IMG/VR virus record: IMGVR_UViG_3300031134_000001
Span: 192,001-256,000 of that record
Length of the DNA: 64,000 bases
Strand: one strand, 5' to 3'
Source of the DNA: a virus
Taxonomy: Duplodnaviria; Caudoviricetes
Position numbers and translations under genes: made by a program. The notes beneath the pieces are model-generated. The model saw only the letters and a program-made list of their open reading frames with translations, was not told the DNA's origin and searched no databases. Positions 52,690 through 60,959 of this stretch are shown here, in pieces. Within the stretch, counting starts at the first letter, position 1, and every line of letters begins with the position of its first letter.

Positions 52690-54384
52690 ATGGACCCAGC
52701 ATTGCGGGCGTTTATTCGATCAGACATGCCACCGTTTAACAAGAAGGTGGTCGATGGCTTTGCGGTCAGCGAGATCCCTAAGTCTGAGAACTTCATCAAC
52801 ATGTTGTTCAACTCGATTAAGGACACCTACCCGCCAGGGTTGAAGTTCCGCGGTGGTAAGCGTTGTAACCCGATGGAAGAGTTTCGGGAAGCCACCAAGA
52901 AGCACAACCAGAAGTCGGCTAAAAACAGCCAGCGTTCACAATTCGACATCGCTAAGTCGTTTGTGTACATGATGAAATACACGCACGAGTGGACGCCACC
53001 AGGTTCTACCGTCACCACTGAACTCAAACCACGGTATCTGTATCTGCCATGGGTTGAAGACGGCGGCTTCATCCGGATCAGTGATTCGCTGTACACCATT
53101 TCGCCGGTGCTGGCTGACCGCGTGATCTCGGTGATGCGTAAAACGATCTTCGTGCGATTGATCAAAACGCGCTTTAACATCAACCGTATCAGTCAGCACT
53201 TCCGGATCGATGACATCGAAACGTTTGCGCACGTGGTATGGTCGAAGATCCACCAGAAGAAAGTGGTGCGGGACAAGAACGATCCTGAAAACGTGATCGC
53301 CGAATCGACACTCGCGCATTACCTGTTCTGCAAATACGGCGTGATCGAAACGTTCCGTCTGTTTGCTGGCGCCGACGTGGTGGTGGGTGATGCTGAAAAC
53401 ATCACCACTGAAAAGTATCCACAGGACGAATGGCACATCGCGCGTACATCGCGTGCTGAGCATAACGGCCACCCTAGCGGGCGGCGTGGTGAAGGGTATC
53501 GTCCTACCAAGATCCGCATTGCGCTGCGTCGCGGTTCGGACACCACGATGGTGCACAACCTGATCGGGGCGTTTTACTATCTGGCTGACCGTTTCCCAGA
53601 TCGTATCTCGCACTTGCAGAACTACGTGGTGCGTCCTGACGCTGAAAAGCTCAACCACGAAAAGCGGATGTGGATCTTGATCCTGGGTCACTTGGTGGCA
53701 CCTGGTTCGGGTGAAGGCAAAGTGATGAAGGAGATGGAATCGCACATGCGTTCGCTGGACGAATACATCGACCCGATCGTTAAGAACCAACTGAGCAACA
53801 TCGGGTACGACGTCGATAACGTTTACCAACTGTTCGCACGGATGATTCAAGACTTCGATCCACTGCTCTTGGCCAATCGCAGTAAGCTGTCGTCGATGTA
53901 CGACAAGGAACTGAACATCCTGCAATTCGTGTTGTTCGAAATCAGTAAGTCGATCATGGAGCTGGGCTTTCAAATGCTCAAGCTGTGTGAAGAAACCAAT
54001 CTCACGGCTGAGAAGTTCAACCATGTGTTTGGTAACAAGATTCGTACTGGTGCGATCTTCCACATCTACAAGTCCTCGGGCGCTGTGTCGGCCAACAGCT
54101 ATCCGGGCGATAACAAGGTGTTCAAGATCACGACCTTGCTCGTGCCGCAGCAACACACGAACAAAGGTGGGCGTAAGAAGGGTGGTCTGCAACTGCGCGA
54201 TCCAATCAACCAGCTGCACATCTCCGTGGTGGAAGTCGGTGGTTATGCCAACTTACCCAAGTCGCAACCGTCGGGTCACTTCCGCATCAATCCATTCGTG
54301 GCTTTGACGTTGGACAACGTGATTCAACGTCACGAAGACTTCATCGAGATCTACGACGACGCTCAGCGTAAGATCGAACTGTAA
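52690..54384 (+). CDS. non-virion RNA polymerase beta subunit N-terminal part, phiKZ gp123-like
   Basis: MPPFN..V..G, YLYLPWV, ISPVLAD, TLAHYLFCKYG, DEYID, LYDKEL, PGDN, INPF motifs. Confidence 0.85.
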   Translation: MDPALRAFIRSDMPPFNKKVVDGFAVSEIPKSENFINMLFNSIKDTYPPGLKFRGGKRCNPMEEFREATKKHNQKSAKNSQRSQFDIAKSFVYMMKYTHEWTPPGSTVTTELKPRYLYLPWVEDGGFIRISDSLYTISPVLADRVISVMRKTIFVRLIKTRFNINRISQHFRIDDIETFAHVVWSKIHQKKVVRDKNDPENVIAESTLAHYLFCKYGVIETFRLFAGADVVVGDAENITTEKYPQDEWHIARTSRAEHNGHPSGRRGEGYRPTKIRIALRRGSDTTMVHNLIGAFYYLADRFPDRISHLQNYVVRPDAEKLNHEKRMWILILGHLVAPGSGEGKVMKEMESHMRSLDEYIDPIVKNQLSNIGYDVDNVYQLFARMIQDFDPLLLANRSKLSSMYDKELNILQFVLFEISKSIMELGFQMLKLCEETNLTAEKFNHVFGNKIRTGAIFHIYKSSGAVSANSYPGDNKVFKITTLLVPQQHTNKGGRKKGGLQLRDPINQLHISVVEVGGYANLPKSQPSGHFRINPFVALTLDNVIQRHEDFIEIYDDAQRKIEL

Positions 54385-54423
54385 CATCCGCAGCTTCACA
54401 ACCAACAACAAAGGAGATGCATC

Positions 54424-54729
54424 GTGGGCAAGAAAGAAGAACCGTCCGGATGGCACGCGCACTTTGAGAGCTTGCCAACTTTTAACCAGGAATTGGCAAT
54501 TGCTGAAAGTAGCAAACCAAAAAAGAAACCGCGCGCGGCGCGTAAAAAGAGCAAGCGGATTACCGTCAAACCCGCAGGGATTGGCGTAGTGCGGGACATG
54601 GATACCAAGTCATTTGGCTATCCGGTCCTGAATAAAATCATGCACCAGCTGAATTCTAGCAGGCAAACCATGGTTGAACCTAAAAATACGCCGCAGGAAC
54701 AGGGCGAAGCAGTAAACAATAAGCAATAA
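54424..54729 (+). CDS. small basic protein
   Basis: AAAGGAG RBS with GTG start; Lys/Arg-rich. Confidence 0.6.
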   Translation: MGKKEEPSGWHAHFESLPTFNQELAIAESSKPKKKPRAARKKSKRITVKPAGIGVVRDMDTKSFGYPVLNKIMHQLNSSRQTMVEPKNTPQEQGEAVNNKQ

Positions 54730-54765
54730 GACCAACAGCATCACTACTAAAAAGGAAACAGCATC

Positions 54766-56682
54766 ATGCAACAAATGTACCCAACCGATCGGCCAATGAC
54801 GCCGCAGGTGCAGATCGATGTCAACCGCCCCCCGGTGAACTTCGATATCCACTGCGCGCCGTGGATCAAGCCGTACCTGCCGTACATCACCGGCGTCATG
54901 ATCGACGTCATCACGCGCAACGCCGCTGGTCCGGTGTCGATGCACTTCTACAACCACATGTCCCACAACAACTGGGCCAACAACGAATTGGGTCAGGAAG
55001 TGGCGAACTGCGCTGACTTCATCTTCCTGAACGCTGGTGGTCAGCAAGATCCGAACCTGATCGGGCGTATCGTGCCAGACTACGTGGAAATGCGCACGAA
55101 GTTCGAAGTGGTGTTGTTCCCGCAGCTGCGCAATTACATCAACCCGCAAGACCTGTACGCATTCGATCAGAACGCACAGATCTTCGGTGGTGAAATCCAA
55201 AAGATCACCAACCTGCGCAACAACATCCAGCCAGGTGCGTCGATGCCGCCACCGCCACGGGGTTACCAGCCACCAGCGCAGTACGCACCACCAGGCTCGC
55301 CAATCCCCGCTCAAGGCTATCAAGCACCAGCAGCCCAAGGTTACCAAGCACCGCGTCCTGCGGCGGCAGGTCGTGACTACGGCACCGGCACAACGCCTGC
55401 GGCAACTCAACCAGTGCATCAACAGCAGCCAGTGCAGCAGTATCAGGCGCCGGTCACGCCACAAGCGCCGGTCGGCAATCCAACGCCACAACCAGCGCAA
55501 GCCACTGCTCCGGCTGGCGAACTCCTGGTCGATGCGGACGACGTCGTCTGGAATCCTCTGCCTGACATGCCGCACCCGATGTTGTACAATCCAGTGCATG
55601 TGAAGATGGCTTACGCTATCTCGCAAGGCAAAAAAACCACCCCGAAGCCTGTCAGGACAAACATGGACCCAATCAACTACGACCGCCACAACATCGCCAC
55701 CCTGTTCGGCCGGCCGCCGGAGAACATGCGCGTCCTCAAAGACAACGGCGAAATCACCAACCAGATCAAGGCTGGTGCGCACGACGCTCTGGAAGAAAGC
55801 CAGAACACGGACGAAACGTTCGAGCGTGTCGAAGAAACGATGGGTCTGCGCAAGATCCTGTCGGCCTTTAGCCTGTCGACTGCGATCATCGATGCACGCA
55901 CTGAAATGCTGGCGCGGATCGATCGCAAGAATCCGCCAATGGTCTTCCAGAGCTACGCGCAGATCTTCAACGTCCTGGTCGGCGACAAGAGCGAATACGA
56001 TCTGATCCACAAGTTCGGCGATTCGAACAGCTACATCGAACTGCGTGAAAAGATCGTCGGCGCCGCCGGCACCGCGTCCCCAGAACTGATCACTGTGGTG
56101 ACGCAGCGTTTGACGCAGCTGATGAACGAGATCCTGACCGATCGTCTGTCGATTCTGCCGCTGTCGCAAGATCCGGTCAACGGCGTCGAAGTGGAAGACT
56201 TCCTGGAAGACATCGCACCACTGCTCGAACTGCTCAAGAAGCGGGGCGACAATGGCGAGCGTCTGTACAAGGCATTTACCCACGACCAGGGCAAGCGCAT
56301 CCGCGCCATGTTCCAAGCGCCGAAGATGAACGAGGAAAGCGGCGTAGCACTGCACGAAGACCTCACCAGCGGCAACCTGACCAAGATCTGGGAAGGTCGT
56401 GAAGATCCACCGCAGTACACGTTCTTCGGACCGAACGTGCGCATCACGCTGCTGAACGTCATCTCGCACGATCTGCAGATTTCGGGCCTGCCGTACGTGG
56501 GCAACGTCATCAGCAAGCAAAACAGCGCGGTGCTGTACAACCTGGCCGAGTCGCTGTTCCAGGTCGACGACGATCATCTGCTGCCGGATCGTCAACTCGT
56601 GGTAACCAAAGATGGTCGCATCCTCGAAATCTTCGAAGGTGCTCTGGTGCCCGGCACGTACTTGCTCAAACTGTTCAAGTAA
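54766..56682 (+). CDS. conserved jumbo-phage protein with Gln/Pro-rich linker
   Basis: 638 aa, strong codon bias; QGYQAP repeats. Confidence 0.85.
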   Translation: MQQMYPTDRPMTPQVQIDVNRPPVNFDIHCAPWIKPYLPYITGVMIDVITRNAAGPVSMHFYNHMSHNNWANNELGQEVANCADFIFLNAGGQQDPNLIGRIVPDYVEMRTKFEVVLFPQLRNYINPQDLYAFDQNAQIFGGEIQKITNLRNNIQPGASMPPPPRGYQPPAQYAPPGSPIPAQGYQAPAAQGYQAPRPAAAGRDYGTGTTPAATQPVHQQQPVQQYQAPVTPQAPVGNPTPQPAQATAPAGELLVDADDVVWNPLPDMPHPMLYNPVHVKMAYAISQGKKTTPKPVRTNMDPINYDRHNIATLFGRPPENMRVLKDNGEITNQIKAGAHDALEESQNTDETFERVEETMGLRKILSAFSLSTAIIDARTEMLARIDRKNPPMVFQSYAQIFNVLVGDKSEYDLIHKFGDSNSYIELREKIVGAAGTASPELITVVTQRLTQLMNEILTDRLSILPLSQDPVNGVEVEDFLEDIAPLLELLKKRGDNGERLYKAFTHDQGKRIRAMFQAPKMNEESGVALHEDLTSGNLTKIWEGREDPPQYTFFGPNVRITLLNVISHDLQISGLPYVGNVISKQNSAVLYNLAESLFQVDDDHLLPDRQLVVTKDGRILEIFEGALVPGTYLLKLFK

Positions 56683-56719
56683 GCCGGCTGCCATAAAAGT
56701 TAAGTAGTGGTCTTTTGTC

Positions 56720-56765
56720 AGGAGGTGGGGTAGACTTCGGTCTATCTCCTTCCTGATTTTTTTTG
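56720..56765 (+). terminator. rho-independent terminator
   Basis: CAGGAGGTGGGGTAGAC-TTCG-GTCTATCTCCTTCCTG plus T-tract. Confidence 0.75.
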
Positions 56766-56791
56766 CCGTCATAACGAAAGTGAGGTAGCTA

Positions 56792-57130
56792 ATGAGCGTT
56801 AGTATCCAAGTACACGTTCACTCCTTGGACGGTGTGACGTATCCTGAAGAAATGCACCGCGTCTCTGAATTCATTCAAGCTGGCGTCGAAGCTGGCGTGG
56901 CTAGAGTCTTTCCCAACGTCATGGCGTTTGACCCACACACGGGTGAGCCGCTGTTTAACGTGCCGTTTGCAGACTCTGCTGCGAGCGACTTAATCAGCCA
57001 CATGCACGTCGTATCTCCCGCGGCTTACACCCAAGTGCTGTTGACCGACTACATCGATCCGGCCGATTACGAAAACACCATGGAGCCAATTCTCTTGGCG
57101 CCATACTTCGGGGACGATGATGACGAATAA
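56792..57130 (+). CDS. hypothetical acidic protein
   Basis: GAGG RBS. Confidence 0.7.
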   Translation: MSVSIQVHVHSLDGVTYPEEMHRVSEFIQAGVEAGVARVFPNVMAFDPHTGEPLFNVPFADSAASDLISHMHVVSPAAYTQVLLTDYIDPADYENTMEPILLAPYFGDDDDE

Positions 57131-57374
57131 GACAGGGCTGTTTGAAGTACGCATCTCTGTATTTAATCTGGGTGACGATTCACAACAAGAGTCAGACGTA
57201 GTCAACGCGATTGCTGCGCAGTTCTTGGAGATGGGGGTGAACAACATCACCGTGATTGCCAACAAAGAACAGGTGGACTACGTGGACAACGAAGTGCATC
57301 CAGCTTCTCCTGCCCATCTGTTTAGTAGCAATCCAGAAGCGCCCATCGACGTACACATCCAAGGTCAAGGTTAA
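57117..57374 (+). CDS. hypothetical protein
   Basis: Overlaps the previous stop. Confidence 0.65.
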   Translation: MMTNKTGLFEVRISVFNLGDDSQQESDVVNAIAAQFLEMGVNNITVIANKEQVDYVDNEVHPASPAHLFSSNPEAPIDVHIQGQG

Positions 57375-57377
57375 AAA

Positions 57378-57761
57378 ATGGCATCCATCATGTTTTGCAT
57401 TGCAGTGCGCTTAGTAGGCGATTCGTCTCCCGGTCAGCCAGCGATCAACGTCGAACCGCTGCCGTCGGTGAACAAAACCTTTCCTTTGGCGATGTTAAAT
57501 CCTCGCACACCAGAGTGGGTATTCCCAGATCCAGACATGGCGCCGACAACGTTTAACCGTCTCGAAGATGCTCAAAAAGCACTCAATAGCATTGCCGGCG
57601 GCATCTCTCGCAACGAAGAGAAGGTTAAACTGTTGGTTCAGCGTATCCACCAATTTATCAAACCTTACGCTGAACGTAATCTCTTTCATCGTGCAGATTT
57701 AGAAATTTTGCATCTCACATCAGAAACAATTGTAGTTAAACCGATCTTTAACAACCTCTGA
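57378..57761 (+). CDS. hypothetical protein
   Basis: 127 aa ORF ending at a convergent terminator. Confidence 0.65.
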   Translation: MASIMFCIAVRLVGDSSPGQPAINVEPLPSVNKTFPLAMLNPRTPEWVFPDPDMAPTTFNRLEDAQKALNSIAGGISRNEEKVKLLVQRIHQFIKPYAERNLFHRADLEILHLTSETIVVKPIFNNL

Positions 57762-57763
57762 CC

Positions 57764-57802
57764 GCATAACCCCTCCCCACCCGCTAAGGGTAGGGAGGGA
57801 GT
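57764..57802. terminator. bidirectional terminator
   Basis: CCCTCCCCACCC/GGGTAGGGAGGG flanked by GCATA. Confidence 0.75.
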
Positions 57803-57824
57803 TATTACGTACTATTTTTTTTGG

Positions 57825-60800
57825 TTAAGTTGTCGAAGGTTTGTCGTTTTTGTCAGCATCAGCTTTCGCTTGGGCTTCCTCTTCCTTTTTCTTCGTCTCC
57901 TCTTCCTCAGCTTTCTTTGCAGCTTCCGCAGCTTCTGCTTCTTCCGCTTCAGTAGCTTCAGCCGCCGATGCTTCTTCTGCTGCCGCTTCTTCAGCTGCTG
58001 CGTCGTCTGCGGCAGGTTCGCCCTCGACTGGTTCAGCGTTTGGATCAACATCATCCGTTACGGTATCGCCTTCAGCTCCGCCTTCGGCGCCACCAACTTC
58101 AGTGCCACCCATGTCGAAAGCAAAGTCACCGCCACCGCCCATATCGAAGCCACCCGCATCACCGCCATCACCCATGCCACTATCGCCACCAGTGCTGGTG
58201 TCGCTGCTATAGCTGTCGGCTGGTTCTGTGACTGTGATGCCTGCTTTCTCCAGATCTTTGGCCGCTTTCTCTTTGGCCTTCTTGTTGGCCGTGATCAGCG
58301 TTGTGAGCAAACCAATGATGGCTTCGTTGTGCACTGCTTGGATTTCAGCGATATCCACTTCGAGTTCGCCTTCCTCGTTCAGCGCCGTCATGGCTGCCAG
58401 CTCAGGCATCAAGCCGTTCTTCATCTGCCAATCACGCAGCATGTAAGACTTCATCTGCGCTGCAGCGATGCGTGTATGGTTGGCCAGTTCATCACCCACA
58501 ATACTTGCATCCATCATGTCGTCCGAGATCCACGCCTTCAAGCATTCTTCCACCAGCTGACTCTGCGTGCTGTAGAGTTCGCCCAAGTTCTTTACTTTGG
58601 TGGTGTCTGGCTCTGGCAGCGTCATCATGAAGCCACCCAGGAAGTCTTCAATCATCTCACGGATGAATTGGACTTTTACCAGCGCATTGGTCTTAAGTTC
58701 TTCTTTGGTCACGACTTCACCACCGAACATCTCGATTTGTTCAGCATCGTCGAACTCTTTCAAGATCTCATCGAATGCGCCGTGAATGACTTCGACCAGC
58801 TCTTCGATTAAGTCAGCGGCGTTAATCGCATGCTTACGCAAGTGCGCCGAGACTTGTGGCGTGAACTCTTGCTGGATGATCATGGCTCGTTTGGACAACA
58901 GCGTCGAGTTGTTCGCCACAGAAGCAGCAAAGTCAGCACCCACAGCCGCGTCAACCATCTCTGGCGTTAACCAGAATGACATCAGGCGACGTTTGCGCAA
59001 GTCTTCCATCAACGTACCATCAGGCGGTTGATAGTTGCTGTTCTTCTCCGTGTAATCCATCTTCATGTTCGGCAGCTTCGGGTGACCCGAGAACGAGAAC
59101 TCGAACATGCTGCGTTGCAGGCCGTCTTTGATGTCCAGTGGGTTGATGGTGCCCAGTGGGAAACCGTTACTGTTCACCCGCTGCATTTCACCGACGACTT
59201 GCTCGATCGCTTTCCATGGGTCCGGCGTGTGTTCATCCAGTTCAATGTCCACGTGCGTGCGACCCACCGCATTACGCAGGGCGCCCATCACTGTACCGAC
59301 CAGCATGTTCGCTTGCATACTGTCGATGATCTTGGTGTTCTCCAACAGCGAGCGGCCAGTGCCGTTCGAGTTGTATTCCAAGGCCATGTACGTCATGTAC
59401 TCCACTGGAATGTAGAGGATCTGTGTGTACTGGTTGGACATCGAGCGGGCCAACATCAAGCTGTAGACTTCTTCGTGACCCGAGATCGCCACGTTCTTAC
59501 CGGCTAAGCCGTTACGCAGTCGTTCGGTCAGATCACGCTGGAGCATATTGCCATAGAGCTGAGCAGCATTGGCGTAATGGTTACCTTGTGCGTAGGCTGT
59601 CGAGTTGTCGCTCATGGCGCTACCAGCACGGGCAATCATCGACGAAGAGAAGCTGTTCGATTGTAAGCTCGCACCCAACTGACGATAGTGGTTCACGCCT
59701 TGACCACGGTTGATCGGATTGCCTTCCGAGTCAAGCAGCACGAAGAAACCGATTTGCTTGTGCGGTTGGTTTGGCACGTGCACTGGAATGACCGACTCCG
59801 ACGGGAAGTGGATCTCCAGTGGCATGCCCACCGAGCGACGCTTTAAGTTACTTTGCGCCTTGACTTCTTTGACCACGACTTGGCTGGTGTGTGGACGACG
59901 GAATGCTTGACCGACGATTTGCGTGGTGCGTAAGCCGAGCGACATGTCCGCGACATTACTTACGCGACGTGCACTCGATTCAGTCGACACCTCGGTCGGT
60001 AGCTTTACGTGACGCGAGATGGATTCGGCTGACAGGGCCGAAGAACGACCCATGATCTTGCTGATCTTTTGCCGACGGATCTTCTCGCTGACCAGCGGCA
60101 TCTTTAACACACCGATATTGTCTGTCACGGTGATGCCGGTATTGAGCGTACGATCGGCCGCATCTTTCGCGTCTGGGAAGCGGAAAGCAACTTCGCTCTT
60201 CCAGTTTTTGTTGGGATTGTGGGTGAGCAAATGCTCCAACGCCAACCCCACACCACCGCCGAAACGAGGACCTTGCGACCGTTCGAACGCTTCTTTCTCG
60301 ATGTCAGTCGGACCCAGCAAACCGAGCGATTGGATCTGCCCGTCTTGCTTTAAGATGCTGGAAATGGATTCCATCGAGATACTGCCGTTGCCGTGAATCA
60401 GATCGTCCACAGCGTTCTCAGGCAGCACCGCCACCGGATAGCAGCCACGGCGGAAGAGGATGTCTTCCAGGATGCCCGGCAAACGCGGCTTTATTTTATA
60501 GACTTCGTCAAAATACTTGCGCACCGAGTTGGTCAGTGTGCCCATTACTTCGTGCGGCATGCGCCAGTGCGATAGGTTCGAGTGGTAGTTAACTTCGATA
60601 CCAACCATGTCTTTGGGCGAGAGAACCACCGACACCAAGATGGACGCTGCCAAGTCGGTTTCTGACAGCAGTTGCCGGATGGTTTCCGAGTCGCTGACGT
60701 TTTGCATACCGTCTTGCGCAACGCCCCGCAGGTTCGCCAAATTAACGCCCGTACCCTGCTCGTTCATCGGGTCAACCGAACGTGCTGCCTGACGCTGGTC

Positions 60801-60926
60801 AAGCGTCAGCTTGCTCATCATCGCAGCAGCTTTCGGATTGGACTTGGTCAAACGGAGAGCCGGTACGCGAGCACCTGAGTTATGCATTTCGAGAGGATTA
60901 AACTGATCCCCGTTTGTAGTAGCCAT
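57825..60926 (-). CDS. portal protein, phiKZ gp129-like, with long acidic C-terminal tail
   Basis: VLSPKD, AVLPEN.VD, PSESVIPVH.P, GFFVLLD..G.P, RTQILYIP, TPEMVD...G.DFA; S-x-E sites. Confidence 0.8.
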   Translation of the reverse strand: MATTNGDQFNPLEMHNSGARVPALRLTKSNPKAAAMMSKLTLDQRQAARSVDPMNEQGTGVNLANLRGVAQDGMQNVSDSETIRQLLSETDLAASILVSVVLSPKDMVGIEVNYHSNLSHWRMPHEVMGTLTNSVRKYFDEVYKIKPRLPGILEDILFRRGCYPVAVLPENAVDDLIHGNGSISMESISSILKQDGQIQSLGLLGPTDIEKEAFERSQGPRFGGGVGLALEHLLTHNPNKNWKSEVAFRFPDAKDAADRTLNTGITVTDNIGVLKMPLVSEKIRRQKISKIMGRSSALSAESISRHVKLPTEVSTESSARRVSNVADMSLGLRTTQIVGQAFRRPHTSQVVVKEVKAQSNLKRRSVGMPLEIHFPSESVIPVHVPNQPHKQIGFFVLLDSEGNPINRGQGVNHYRQLGASLQSNSFSSSMIARAGSAMSDNSTAYAQGNHYANAAQLYGNMLQRDLTERLRNGLAGKNVAISGHEEVYSLMLARSMSNQYTQILYIPVEYMTYMALEYNSNGTGRSLLENTKIIDSMQANMLVGTVMGALRNAVGRTHVDIELDEHTPDPWKAIEQVVGEMQRVNSNGFPLGTINPLDIKDGLQRSMFEFSFSGHPKLPNMKMDYTEKNSNYQPPDGTLMEDLRKRRLMSFWLTPEMVDAAVGADFAASVANNSTLLSKRAMIIQQEFTPQVSAHLRKHAINAADLIEELVEVIHGAFDEILKEFDDAEQIEMFGGEVVTKEELKTNALVKVQFIREMIEDFLGGFMMTLPEPDTTKVKNLGELYSTQSQLVEECLKAWISDDMMDASIVGDELANHTRIAAAQMKSYMLRDWQMKNGLMPELAAMTALNEEGELEVDIAEIQAVHNEAIIGLLTTLITANKKAKEKAAKDLEKAGITVTEPADSYSSDTSTGGDSGMGDGGDAGGFDMGGGGDFAFDMGGTEVGGAEGGAEGDTVTDDVDPNAEPVEGEPAADDAAAEEAAAEEASAAEATEAEEAEAAEAAKKAEEEETKKKEEEAQAKADADKNDKPSTT

Positions 60927-60959
60927 CTTTAACCTCTTTCAGTTCTAATAGGGATAGTC

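Noticed and set aside
54610-56772. 720-aa minus-strand ORF
   Set aside because: Antisense shadow of the codon-biased 638-aa plus-strand gene.
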